A DNA stretch of 64,000 nucleotides from Balanoglossus misakiensis (Eukaryota; Animalia; Hemichordata). The stretch's first letter is position 1. Each line of letters begins with the position of its first letter. Location: NCBI GenBank assembly GCA_040954595.2, contig CM082576.2, positions 13,395,129 through 13,459,128 of the forward strand. The letters are read 5' to 3'. Under the pieces are notes generated by a model that was given only the letters and a program-made list of their open reading frames with translations, did no database searches and had not been told where the DNA came from. Shown here piece after piece: positions 49,801 through 64,000 of this stretch. A program made the translations under genes and the position numbers.

Positions 49801-52800
49801 ATGCATTGGGGAATTTTCAATTCATTACACGTATAACAATACAGAAACTTACAGTGCATGAGATGACAGCAATATACTAGCCGAAAACAATGATAAATTC
49901 GTGAAAGCATCTGAAGAAAGCTTAGAGGAGGTTATTTGAGATATCTGTCCTATTATGACAATTTCTACCGTTGTCATTACTGAAAACCACAGGATAAGAA
50001 TAAACGTATTTGGAAATCCATGCCTAAAAGCAGAACATTATGTGGTCCATTGGAGATGTTAACTATTGTAGGTTTGTTTGGCGTGTTTACAGGAGATGCA
50101 TTCTCACATGGTAATATATGACCTTGGTGAGGTCAAATTTAGTGCTTACTTCCAAACGAAGAAGGACAGCGTGTCGAAACAAACGCGCCTAAACCATATT
50201 TGATTCTGTGCTGATAAAAAACTGCGTGCAAAATTATTCACTAAACGAAGTCTCTGAATGGGCAATTGACATGTATAAAGGTAAAACTCTGTATTCGGTC
50301 CATGCGCTTAGCCGGACTAAAATCAGTCTGTACGAAGTGATGACACAAACCCAAACGCCCCCAATGTCCAAACCCACTTTGTTGCAGTGGAGGCGTCCGG
50401 GCCGTCTCATCATATTTTGTTTAGATTCAGACAAAATGTCATGGTAACGTGAGTATAGTTTCCGTTTAATACCGAGTGCTTTAGCTTGCCATCGGCGGTG
50501 GAAGAAGAAAAAGATGAGAGAGGAACCCCGCCAAGATTTACCGGTTTACCTCCAGTAATACAAAGACTGTTATCCTATGATCTCTCGAATGTTGGTGGCT
50601 TAGAACAAACAGTATAAATTTCGGATGACGGATTCAAGCAAAAAAACATTGCGTCTCTAGTTTCCGATGACGCGAACGCGAGCATTTAAACACCGAACCC
50701 GAGCAACTACAAGATCTTGCTGAGAATATAGAAAGAATTTTGACGACAGTAGACAGCAATAAGCTTAAATTTCTTACTCACTAGAATAAATTTACAAACT
50801 TCTTAATAAATTTACACTTAAAATTTACCATGTGCGCTGTAAACGTTACTTGGCAACATCTACTGGGACACAAGAAAACAAAATCAAATAAATAGATAAT
50901 GGGAAAGTAATTTTACTTCACCTGTGAAACTAATAGCTGCTCCATGTTAACATTTCAGATAACCCATTGACATAAGTTCAATTTCCGTTATACAAATCCT
51001 TCAACCCGACAGCCAAGTTAGATTGGCCCAAAACGAGCCTGAAAACAATATCAATTGCACAGAATTACTGAGAATAGAAATATAGAATGACAATCCGTCT
51101 TTCTCTGGTGATGTTATCAAAACTGATTTCCCCCTCAACCAAAAAGAGTGTGTAGTTGAATATTCTCCGCCGTTTAATATACAAGTTTTAACTTATTCAG
51201 CACAATGTTTTATGACTTATGTGATCATGACGACCAACCTAACATTCACTGTCTATAATGTTTTAAGCAATATTGCCTGACTTGCTTCTATTCTGTTCCC
51301 TTTGAAAATTATCAGATATTTCACAACTGAATAACTCGTTTGTAAGATGAAACACAGAGATGTTTAGTGAGCCCTCAACGGTCGCCTTAAAGTGAAAGTG
51401 TCTTTTCTTTTCCTGTATGTCTTTTAATATTTTGCTTGAAATTTGCTTGAATTTTCCATTTTATTTACATAAGTAATATAGTTTTTCCTTTTAAAGTATG
51501 GTGTGTGCAGACGACAGGGTCACAATTTTCGTGAACATGCGCCTTACTCGAACGTCCTAATTAATAGATATGGGAAACCTCTTTTACCGATACATTCAAC
51601 ATTTTGCTTTCATATAGAGGTGTGCTTTATTCCCAAAAGACTTCATTGTGTACTGTGACAACGATAAGATGCCATCGCCAACAAATCAGGCGTGCAAAAA
51701 CGACGACCCGAGTTTGTTCCTATAGAAAATAACGAAAGCTTTAGTAGCAAGTATGGCCTGAAAGGAATAGCCTCATTAGGGTTACAGCTCTGCAGTGCCG
51801 GTGTTCGAAGACTAAGAACATCTGAAATAAGACACAACGTGTCAGTTGCAAAATCTTGAATCTAAATCAGCATTGGGCGTACCACCGACAGTAGACACTG
51901 TCACAACGGTTCTCCCAATCCTGTGCGTTAGGTGAAAGTGTTCAATTTGAGGGCGCCTTTCGCTTGATAATCATCACCTCTTGTGAGTTTGTAAAATGCT
52001 GGTGACCTCTTGGGCGCTAAATAACCTATTACACCACACGCGCCTGTAAGAATTTCCACGGATATTCACGGGTGACAAGTTCAAGTCTCTGGTGTGAGTT
52101 TTCCTGGCAATAATTGAAAACCGTGACCCCCCCCCTACCCATTACTTTAATACATCCAGTCTGTGGTTGATCAATATCTTTATATTTCCCTATGAGACAC
52201 CAATGAATGGACTTGTAAACAGGTGCACACATGATAAAACCTTTCCGATGTCGATGCTCTGTAACGACTATGGATCAACATTGACGTGTCTCTGTACAAT
52301 TTAGGCTTTAGGAGAAGTCAGTCACGTATTTATAGTACCTCAATCAAAATTGATCAAAAAGTTGACGCTCAGGAGGGCGGCACCACGGATATTTCAAATT
52401 GAACATTCGTTTATATGTGCTGTTATGAAGTAATACGAATTTATAAGATACGAGAATAATTGGCGAAATGTTTTAGCCTTCATTAATAATAAAGTTGCGT
52501 TATTTTATGATGCGCATAATCTACATACTAAATATCGAGTCTCTAGACGATACCGAACACTGCGGAGAGATATCTTGTAAAATATTGGCGTTGCAGAAAA
52601 ACCGAGCAAATCAGCCAGGTATACGAAATAGATGGTTGAATCTATTAGGGATACTGTAGATGAGTGTTGATCGAGTAGGGTCTTGAATAGCCTATACTAT
52701 CTGTTCGCATAAAAAGCGAAACTCGCCAACATAGATGGCGCTGTTTTGAGACAGAGAGAGAGTCATCATTGCCCGGGTCATGCCACAGAGGACGTTCATT

Positions 52801-54579
52801 CGACAGCAACCAACCACTTGACTTAGGATACAAAGAAAATGCAGATATCATCACCTTTTTGGCAGAAGCGAGTGACAGAAGTGACCTGATCGGTTTCTTG
52901 TGACGCATCAATGCACGTTTACATTCGTCAAGGTCAGGGTCACCCTCGAAAGGGCAGGACAGAATTCATACAAGTAACTCTTGCAAGTCTTCAAATTGCA
53001 ATCTGTTTTGTTTTGATGGGATTCACCAATCTCATACATTATAATGGATCTTAATCTTAATCTTCGTCAAAAGATTTTCACGTTTTTTTAATTGTAACCG
53101 TATATCAAATACCACAGTCTTGTACTACATTATTACATTTCTATGGACAGATTGGAAAAGTAAATTGAAATATTTTCTACAATTTGTCATATTTCAAAGA
53201 CTATCATCTTAGAATGGAGGAAACGTTTTGTACATGTCCTGTTTATTATTTACCCTGTTCAAACTTGCACACGCAGTCCCCAGTCAGTGGTTGTTCCTCA
53301 GCAAGCACACAGACATTCCCAGATTTTATTTTTAATAATATTAAATAATGCCAACAACTACATGAAATGGGTCTTTAAACGAATCTTAATCGAAACTATT
53401 ATTATCATCACCAGCAAGACTCGGAATTCTACCATTAAAATTTGAAACTGAATATAATTAAACTCATGCAAATAGGCTTATCCAAAAGATGAATGATTTA
53501 GTGGTCGTTGTACTTGTGCGCGCAGTTGAAGATGACGTTCAATATGTTCCTGCCTGCAAGCTCAGTATTGAATTTCAGAATCATCTGTAACTTATACGAA
53601 AGGTGAATTAAGCTCTAGTATATTTTATTCATTTGGCAGACAAGACAAGTCGGAATTCTAAAATATAATTCCATGCCATTAGGATCATACGTACGTAACG
53701 CTTGGTTTCTCAACACAATGCCGAGGGTCAAAAACATCCGATAGTATCGGATACTATCGATCTAAACGTCTAGTAATGTCTATGTTTGAAACTAGGAACA
53801 CACTGACCCCTCACTCAGCTAAGATTTATTCAAGCAAAATCCAAGTAGATCTTATAAAACTTAAGCTTAGCATTTAAAGCCTAAATAATGTAAAATAATG
53901 TTAGCACACGACAGTAAATATCTGCCTAATAATTTCAAGGGTCCTGAATTGCACCGAAACACTCAACTTACAAACAAGCAAAGCAAATATCTATGCAACC
54001 AAATGTGTAGTACTGATACACGTTATAAATGAACCAACCACGTAGAAACCAGTGCAGTCTTCTTGAACCAAAATGAAATACGATCTTACGATAAACAGTG
54101 ATGTCGACAAAAACAATTTACAAACGTGCGATACTATCGGACAGTAAACAACGGCATGACCTCACCGAATCACACGCATCAACATGCACGATCAAATTCC
54201 CTCCCAAAACAAATCCGTACTAGTACGGCGCAAGAAATGTCATCGATAACATCTAAAGAAGCAACACGGAACACCACATAGTGAAAATTGATTCAGAATT
54301 GAACTCACCACTGCGCTTGCGCAACTTTCCCTATGTGAAGAAACTTCCAAGGTGGCGTAAGCCCCCTATTTTCGTCCCAGCTGTAAAGGTTTGTTTTTCG
54401 CATGTGCATTTGATCTGATAGTGTGTTCAGATGATCACTTACAAACGACAGAAAATCAGGTTTATCACTATGGGGAAGGATCTAATCGGTGATCACGCCC
54501 GTTCCTCCTCCGCCACTGCCTTCTACCACTCCTTTTATGAAGATTATTTTGCGTTCTTTAAGAAAAGTTCTAAGTTTAA

Positions 54580-54868
54580 GGTAGAATGCGCCTCGAACAT
54601 CAAAGTCTTAAACTTTCTCTCATATCTTGCTCAAGGCAACTTTAGGATAGGATTCTCTCTGATAAATAAGAATAAAAGTTAAGCCTCGCCGTGCAAAATT
54701 TCGAATGAGAGACCAAATTGCTAAAAAATCGTCTCAAATTTGAAATTCATGAAATGAGGACAGTCAGTTTTCTTCTCTGTTTTCAAAAACGCTTTACTAT
54801 AGCAAAACAATGGGAGGTTTGCAGGACTATCATTTTTCTGAAAATCAGTCTCCAAGGCGCATACTACC
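54580..54868. mobile_element. Non-autonomous TTAA-specific DNA transposon, Kolobok-like (289 bp)
   Basis: TTAA|GGTAGAATGCGCCT...AGGCGCATACTACC|TTAA: 14-bp TIR (13/14), TTAA duplication (54576-54579, 54869-54872), purine-purine termini typical of Kolobok rather than piggyBac. Confidence 0.78.
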
Positions 54869-57800
54869 TTAATGCAATTTTTTGAGATATTATATTAAAC
54901 TTTTAAGCGCTTGAACTACGCTCGGACACCATAAGCATTACCACAGGCCTTGAAACTCTATTGTACGGAACTTTTTACACATTTTTCATGGTTATAAATT
55001 CTCGTGTAAACGTGCTAACCGAGGGGCAAGTATCAGCTGGCTATCAACCATTGACGAAACATACAAGAAGAATAAATAATTAATTGGTTGCAACCACAAT
55101 AATGGCCGCCTCAATCAAACTGCACAAATGAGGCATAACCGCTTCTAATTTTGGGTCATGTTAATGAACTTTATTCCTTTGATAATTTTACGCATTTTGA
55201 TCCAAAATGTGTTTTCCCGCCATAAAGATTAGGGCAGTAGTCTTTTTCCCGTCAAAAGTACCTTCCGGTCGCGAGTTTGTTCCAGTCCGCTTGTTTGTGT
55301 GTGAACACGTGAGCTAACCAGCTACATGTACAAAGTTACTGTGGTCAGACACGGAAAAAAACATCGATATAATTATGTAAATGACCAGTAACTTTTCATG
55401 AAATTGTTCGATGTATTTTTAGGTCCATTAGCTGTAGTTACCAAACATATCACGACCTAAAATATCATTAAATTTTCTCAGACGTTCTGTGTTTGTGGGA
55501 AAATAGTCACGGAATCAAACAGTTTATTTTTCAATTCGAGAATGGAAGCGAGAGTTTGGTATCTCAGAAATGTGACTGTCCTTTTATCTTGCTTGTTAAT
55601 TAACCACAACGAAAGACTAAGAAGAAGCCTGTGTCACAAACCGCAGTCAGGAAACATTGTGTGGGGGGAAACTGTAAACAGCGCCCTCTGGGGCTTTTGA
55701 ACTCACCCGAACACCGTGTAGGCCGCCCGCTTTTGGAAATACTAGAAAGTCAGCCATTTTTAGTGGTTTCCTTTGCTTCACTTAACAAGAGCCCGACTTT
55801 TGAAAAGCAGCCTGAAATTGTAGCCAATTGTGTCCATTTCCCTCTTTATGTCCACATCCACGTCACGTCGACCGTAACGTCGGCGGGAAATGCGGAGCTG
55901 TGGGCAAATTCCCGAAGTTCACGGCGGTATCACTTTTTAGCCGTTTCCACCTTATTGCTCTGTATACGCACTTCCCGTGTGAATTACATGTTAAATACAA
56001 ATAGCTTTACACGGTTAGCAAACCTGTAAGAAAATCCCCCGATTGCTCTATTGTTTTCACGCTGCTAGCCGCAGTTAGAGTATAGGAAAGCCAAACAGAC
56101 CATGAAATGAAAGGTTGAAATGTGTGCACATTTGTTTATGTTTTCCCATGAAGCGAGGAAGGACAGACGGGCTATAGCTGGCACCCTCCGAACAATAGTG
56201 TGTGTTCCCACGATAGGAGTATCTAGGGAGAATCCCTTTCAGTATAATTTTGCAAAACGACATAGAGAACGATGGGATTCTGCAGCGACGGCACGATGAT
56301 TTCAATCACATGAGTCCTGCACTCGGGGAAGGAGACGGCAAAGCATCTCTCACGTCTCACTTTCAGGTCTTGGTCAAACTAATTTTGTCTCTTGCGACAT
56401 ACTCGGGTGGCATTTACCTGAAATCCATCCAGACAGATCGCCGTGGCACACGCCCGTCAATTTTCTTTATTCTGGGGGAGATCGGGTAGCGACTAACATT
56501 TCAGAGTAGTGGTTTATAAGCGCAAGGGACACAGATATCCAATTTGAAAACAGCCCTCAGTACAAAAACGCCAATGTTACACAAACAGTTCTAATGTCCA
56601 CAGCGAGCTTCGAATGTCTCCCAATCTACTACGCTGGATCTAATGAAATGAAATGCATCCAACACCACGCTAATTGTACGGTCTAGCCTTACATATTGAG
56701 AGCAGTCGCCAGGTGGATATTACACTATGCTGATAGATTCGATATGTTTTCTGGGCCAATTTGCGACAAGCCAAAAACGGCTGGATGCCACCCCGTTCCT
56801 TTCTGGCACATTTATTTCCAGTCGCGTGAAATTAACCGATTTCACTGAATGGCAAATATCGTTAAGCAACGACAAAACAGAGCACAATAAGGCGGTATTT
56901 TCTCTCGACGTTTTCCCGCCATAATGAGACCCCGATCAATGTATTTGCAGTCTTGTTGGATGATGTAAAAAAATGATTTACGAAAAAAGTGTTGCCGATA
57001 TGTAATGATTAAGAAATGACATGGTAATGGCTCCTTATTTTTATTTGGGGGAAAGAAAAAATCCCCGTTTTTTCTTTCTTAAGCGATAAATCTCGGTGTG
57101 TCGTCTGTCAGGATGTTTGATGCAGTGGCTTGATCGATGGTAGCATGGGCGGTCTTACCAAATTACGCAGCCTCCGGCCACGGCGGCCAACAGAACCGAA
57201 CGACACTATTGTGTGACATGCTGGCGTAATACAATCAAGTAAACACGGCGCGTCCAAGTCGATTCTCCGCCGGTTGTGACATGTAATTTACCGCGCATGT
57301 CAGCGCCGTGGGAGCCCCGGCGTGAATTTAAACGATAGCCGAAAATAGTCGCCAATAATCAAAATGGCAGAGTCTCAGACATCGCGTCCAAATGCAAGAA
57401 TTTAATTTCGCCAGCACTGGCGGCACCAAGCTGGGTGGACCGTTTTTAGCATCCGATCCGCTCCTCGCTATGGCCACCAGGAATGCGGCCGAAATTAGAC
57501 TCGAATACTTCTGTTTGTTGTTCGCCCCATTTCTCCGTCCGTCCGTCCGGCAGAAGTGATTTTGCTATTGGCTGTCAGAGAGTGGAGTGGAGAAGTTCAC
57601 GCGATAGTTCGCCGGGGGGTTCGGCTTCGCTGTCAAACCAACCCAGTGTTTCCCTGACGTCCGCGCCGAGAGGGACAGACGAAATCTCTTCAAGAACCTC
57701 TGAAGCCGTCGAAGCAGTGAATAGTATGGAATACCGAGATCAGTCGGAACCAATTTTAGAGGAACTTGTCATGGGAAGAAGAAGAAGAAGAAGAAGACAA

Positions 57801-60800
57801 AAAAGACGTCATAAGTTCTCGGGTGACGAAGCGATGTAAATGTTCGATTTATTATTTGCAAATTGTGGCCACTTGATCCGCTCTCGCAAACACGTAGAAC
57901 GGCTGACTCCCAGTGTGCTCAAAAATAACCTCAGAGTCATCCCGGTCAACCGGTGATGAGACAAAAATATCACATCGCGGCTGCTAAGATTCTTCTAACT
58001 TTTCGTAGCGCCCACATCAAGTAATAAAAGCTCCCCTGGTCTGTATAGACACCGAGGAGCCAAAAACATCCACTACTTTTCCTTGTTCTCGACTTGCACC
58101 AGGATGATATTTACGCTCAAAAGTTTGTTCTGGTGTTGAGAACACTGTCCAGGCAGACAGCGGGAAGCACACGAGGTGCTTCTACATCTACATGTAAAGT
58201 GATGTGCGGTGTCAACACGTTGTGTTTATGCGCCGCTTGAAGCTAATTGTCATGGTGATAACGTTTAAAGGGGAAGTCAGGTAGTGGGAAGTGGAAATAA
58301 AAAAAATGCAAAGTCGAATGCACCTTGTCATGAGGGAGAGAGTTAATGGGAGAACAGGTTGGGTTCGGGCAAAAAGTCTTTGTAACTCCCAGTGTATCTA
58401 CTACCGACGACCTTCCAAGCCGCACCACAACGCCAAGACACAAGTAGTCATCCACAGCATTTATACCTCTCGGTTTTAAGTCTTCCCGGTTGCGAATCGG
58501 CATGGAGATTACACCTGGGGACCGGGACCTTTACAGAGTTTACACAAATACATGTTTACCACAAAATCGTGGCGTCTTTGTCTCATAGGTGGCTTTTTTA
58601 CACAGCGGTGAAAATGATCACTTGTAACAATCAAAGAAGTCTGATTCTTGATGAGGTTTTCTTTTCACCGGCACACAATGGGTGATGGTGATGGATGAGG
58701 GGGAGCCGGGCGTACGCCATAGTCTCTCCGTCAGTGCCGCCTTTATCACAACATTTTTGTTAGGTCACGTTCTGTTTGCCAGATCCAAGATGCCTTGAAG
58801 AAACGGTTACATTTTTAATAGATTTTCAGCGTTATATGGCACCGAGCACAAGGCGCTGTTCTACCGATTTCACCAGCATATACTGGTGAGGTGGGTACAT
58901 CAACGCGTCGCCGCATAGTACATACATGTATTCTTGCGGGCGATTGAACCGCCCGCATTCACAAGTTTATTCAGAAGTCCTAGTGGCAACAGAGCGTTGC
59001 GACGCTGGTGTTCTCTAACAAGTAACGGTAAACTTTCAATCAAAACAGTTCTCAATTGCTATTACAAGGTTCTGGATGAGTTCTGTTGGTGGCTGCATCC
59101 CGTAGAACTCGATACCACGCTCAGGTTACATCGGCCAGTGGTAATCACCTATCTCGCATGTAACATGACTGCGTTTGGACACAGGTGTACGGTAAACGAA
59201 CCCCGTGTGCTATTGATGCGGACGCCATCCTACCTGCCTGTTCACGCTAGTCTGCTTTTCGCCAGAGCTTTCCAGCGTGACAACTCCCCGAACCTTATCT
59301 CTCCTATACTCCACTCCTACAAAGGGTTTAACTCGAGCGTCTCTCTAAACAGCTGCCAATAAAACAATAAGTTGCCCAGGACTTGTCCGCGTGAGAAATG
59401 GTTCGAGTTGGAAGGAGGGATGGGGATGGGGGGGGGGGGGTTCTTTGCGTGGTAACGGTCTGTTTCCAAGGCAGCGTAAAGTAGCATATGCTACGATATA
59501 TCGATTTCTCGAAGGAAATACTGTATTCGATAACCGTGTACTCTTACAGTGTAGGTTGGCCGAGCACTTGGAAAGTGGGAAAGAAAGAAGATATATCTCA
59601 ATGTACATGTACCGCGCCATTTCACCGACTGAATTTAGGCCTATAGTCTGCCGAAAACGCGAAAGTGATACGCATATGCATTTTTTCTCCAAAACATCTT
59701 GAACGGAAATCTAATTTCAATTAAATATTTCAATTAAATTAACTTTTAAAGATGAAAGCTTAAAAAGACGAAAGAAATTGTCGAAAAAAATTGAGCTGTT
59801 CTATTTCAGGCGGGAATCTCTAGCACAACAATGAAGGAAAAAAAGTAGTCTGTCCTGAAGAAATGGCGCCTCGCTGGGACGATGCTGGTGTCCATAACGA
59901 ATAAATTGCGCCCCATTCTGTCAGTCTGGATATTTTCTTTAACGTCTGGCCTGTCGTCAACTCATGATGTATGACAGTCATAACATGGAAGATGTAGAGA
60001 GTGTCAAACATTTGATACTTTCCCCCGATCAATCCGGGTGCTCCACTTGCCTTCTTGTGTCAACAGTGTCGGCGATCGAATTCTATTCAGTTCAGCTGTT
60101 GGTCGCATGAACGCCTTTAAAACTGTCATGTTTGGACATATTTTGCTCTTCAGACGACCAGTTTAGAATAACAGCCAGGCTATCAGTTGGCCGGCTCGGG
60201 CCGTAACTAGTGCAAATTGTATCAAATTTATACGCTTTTAATGGTGGACGAGAAGTCAAAATACAAATAACGCCGAGTTTACTATGAGATCAAATATCGC
60301 TCCCTAACTGATGACATAGAACAAATGGCCTGTCATGAAACAGGACACCTTCGGAAGACTACACACACAGTTTGCAGAGCCTGCCTGTGTACTCGCGCTG
60401 AACACTCTCCTTGGTTTGCGAATGAACTATTTTTTTCTGTCCGTGTGTGTGCGCGCGCCGTCGTTGCCATGGTTTACATGTATACGTGTCGACTTTAACA
60501 TTTCTGGCTTGTTCTCTCTGGGCGGACGCCGTCGTTCTGGGGGTGATTTCTGACTGACATGTTCGGCATCACGAGGATGCGACCGGATTTTATTTTCTGG
60601 GGGGATTAACTGGGAGTTGCCTGGATCAGTTTTAATTGGCTGGGTACATATGTGTATCTATGCAGCAATGGTGTCCGTCCGTTATAAACACTTCGCATTC
60701 TGTAGCTCTTAAAAAGTTTATATGTTACATCGCGAATGACTTTTGTAACCGGCACACTTTTTTAACACGTTGAACAGCATTGTTTATTCCGCCTAGAGTC

Positions 60801-63800
60801 TCATATTGGTAAAGTAAGACCCTTCCTACTATCAGCACTCCGGCGGGGCGGGAGTTTAATCTGTAGGCCAGATTTCTGGTTCAAAAGCGAAAGGGGGTTG
60901 GAAAAGGCGGTAAAAGCCTGCTTCATATTGTCCATTAAAAACTAAAGGAATGCTTTCAAATCACTCTGAAGGATAGATCCAAATTATCGTTCACGATTTC
61001 TCGATATTTATTATTTCAGAAACCGGAAGCGTCGGGCGAACGGATGGGTTCACGATGATTGACGGTTTTTGCGATTTTCCTGCGATTTGAATGGCGTCCG
61101 CATACTGCCCATTGTAGCTGCGATGGACGCCGTCTCCCACACGAAGGATAACCCCGAATAGGTCACACAGAAGGTCACGTCAGTCAAACATAATCTGAGA
61201 ACTTTCTTAAGTGCCTGCCTGGTTGTTTTTGTTGGTAAGGCTTATCCCCATACCAACCCGCCAAGTCCCCCCGCATTTGGTTCACCTGTGTCGATTGAAC
61301 TTTATTCAGAATTTCACCACATCTATGATCGCGTTAATTTGGACAACGCCAGCTTACTTCGAAGAGGGCGATGCAAAGAAGATAACTTCCGGTAGTGTCT
61401 TGATTTTTAGAGCATCAAACCGTAAACCAACATTTTTAATGCTGGACAGTACCAGGAATTGGTCGTTTTTGAGCCTTTTCCGCACAACAATAGCTCATGA
61501 ATTGCAATGTGCCTTTCTTTCTTTCAGGAAAACTGGGTCGTACGCGAATTTCATTTTTTAGAGTGAAAATGTCAAATTTGTTACGCGAGAGAGTACTTTC
61601 GTCCGTTGTGTTTTCTTGCTCGGTTTTGTGACACATATATGCACCGGTTCGACTCAAAGGAAAAGTGCGGCAAATGAAGGCACACGCACGACTTGGTGTG
61701 TGACAACCGACTGTGTGACTTCTCTCACGTGACCTGTACTGACATCATGTGACGTTCCGTGCTCCCGAGCTTTGTTCCTGCGTGCAACACATTCAGCTTT
61801 CAGCGCAGAAACTCTTCTGTCTGATGTAGTTTAACCGACACAGACAAAGAAACGGCTGAAAAAACAAACACTAGATGGACAGCGACGCCGACTGCCAGCC
61901 TTGTAATTTTACAAAGGGGAACGAGCGTTCGACCTCGCAGTATGTCAAGACAATCAGGGAGTATCTGCACTAGATCAAGAGCGACGTTGCGCTAATAATT
62001 CAACTTTTGGATCATTTTCAGTTGAAAGTACGACACGCTTGGTCGAATTTTCACAATAACTTGTTGTTAAACAGGTAGCGGTGGAAAACAACTTGAAATT
62101 TTGATATTAATATTTATGTTGGTCTCCGAGTCAGAGATACTTGGGGACTTTTTTGCGGTGCCTTAAGAGATGCTGTTGCGCCTACAAGTTGACCACTGAG
62201 CAAATGATCGATGAAATCATGCTACTTTTTTCATGATCTTGGAATAGTAAACGGTTGAAAAAACTGCAAGGCAATGCCTTCCATCTTTTTAAACCATTTT
62301 CCCAAATCTTGGTCTTTTTCCTGTACAGTTTTTGATTATATCGTAGATCTTATATGAGGCAGTCGCCTTTTTGTAAAGTCCCCCGGGCCCGTAAAACGCG
62401 TCGAACGCCAGGCATGACAACGGAGGCAGCGGCAACAACCAAACACACGAAACTGCCGCGCAGCATTGTGGACCGCGGACCAACACGGCACTAAGAACCA
62501 ATGTTTGTTAATTTTAACATATGCGGTATTAAACGGCGTTAGTTCCACAATCATGTACTTATTAGGTAAACAAAGCAGAAATGAACATGCAAGAGCCCGG
62601 AGGGGCTAGAAACAATGCAAATTTGACTTCTGCCAACCAAATGAAATTATGGGAAAATTAAAAAAACCGCTGACCGTATGCACTGCTTAAACAACGCGCA
62701 CGTTGCATTAACTGTGTGTATCAGAGACGATGGTGGATTTTTTTTGAGGTGTGTGGCAGATACCGCGTATCTATTTCACGAGTGAAAGAAGATACAGAGG
62801 TGATCATGCCACACAAGATTCCTGAAAATGAGAGAATGAAACCGTCCATGGACGATGACAGAACGGCGCCTTTCAACCTCACAGGGGTTTCGCTGCCTTT
62901 CTAATGAAGCCGGATTGAAAACGCCGGCTGCGCTTGCGCGGCGAGTACTCTGTCGGTGGAGGCAAGAACTTCATGGTCAGATTTTCAAATCGCTCCTTCT
63001 TTTTGGATGCCGTGTTAAAAGTAATTGGTCAGCACATACCCCCATCGCGACTGATTTGGTAATGATTTATAACTTAACTCAAGGCGAAATTGCTTTCCGC
63101 TTTAATCATTTTTTCCCGCATTGGAAGTGGCCCTATATATATTCTGGGCAGGCGCAAACACATCGATCGCTGCAAGTACTCAACTGTCGGTATCGCCGTG
63201 TTGTACAAATCGTACGTAAATCGTTTCCAAGCATTTTATGTACAAACGACTAACCATAAATAGATTATCCAAATTAACAACATTCATTTCAGATATGGTG
63301 TGGCTAATTGAAAATGTTCAATTTTCGACGGTAATAAAATGTAGTGGAAATGCACGGGACAAACATTAATTTCACAATGAACGGCATTATTCTTGGCGAA
63401 CCATGCATTAAAATTTGTCTGAAACAAGTTTAATATGATTACCCACAAACGGGCTAAATATTTAGATAGTAGGTTTTTTTTCTTGAGTAATCATATTTGA
63501 TGAGTTTTACATACTAATTTCGTATTGAACGGGCTGTGGTGCTCGCAGTGTACACTACAACCGGAATCGTTTGTCTGCTCTGACTTGTAATCATCGCAAA
63601 TAGAAACAAAATTCAATTTCCACGCCACCAACAAATTTGTACACCGAACACGTGTTGGCTCCTTCAGCAAAAGTCGAAGTGCGTTTTTTTATTCGTAGTT
63701 ATTGAACGCCATTTTCTGTCAATGTAGTAATAACACAGAGATTCGATTATAGGAAGAAAAGGGTTGACCTGGGTCGGGAAACGCACACAGCTATTGCAAA

Positions 63801-64000
63801 TTAAAACGAAAGTCGGTTCAGGAAGTATGCACGCGGTAATAACGACAAACCAGTGACGCAAAAAAATGAAAAGACTAGCCTGTACCCTGGGACCAATACA
63901 TAACCGGTATATTAAAAAAACCGACCACAGTCTAAACATGAAATTGACTAATTTAAACAAACAGGCTCTTTGTTGCGTTTATGATAATTATTGAAGCAAT

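Noticed and set aside
57483-57839. 118-aa ORF with a poly-Arg tail
   Set aside because: Low-complexity, Ser-rich translation of a GC-rich region plus (GAA)n; no family recognised.

Overview
Eukaryotic (animal) genomic DNA with GT-AG introns, probably an invertebrate deuterostome (inferred from gene content and CpG mosaicism, not proven). Two convergent protein-coding genes are supported. CLASRP/SFRS16 (+ strand) has 14 coding exons in 45..7793, with its first exon upstream of the window. A Six4/5-subfamily SINE-class homeobox gene (- strand) has 2 coding exons, 43214..42508 and 37832..37574, giving 321 aa. Between their 3' ends is an ~11.2 kb, highly homogeneous tandem array of an 88-bp monomer (~127 copies, 21031..32185) with nested higher-order duplications; nearly every monomer carries a canonical heat-shock element (nGAAnnTTCnnGAAn). 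The remainder is CpG-rich, gene-free sequence typical of a developmental-gene regulatory landscape, with microsatellites, small TIR elements (piggyBac-like, Kolobok-like, foldback) and a 174-bp near-perfect palindrome. No CRISPR array, rRNA or tRNA was recognised. Exon coordinates were worked out by hand from splice signals and phase continuity; homology calls come from recalled protein sequences, not from a search.
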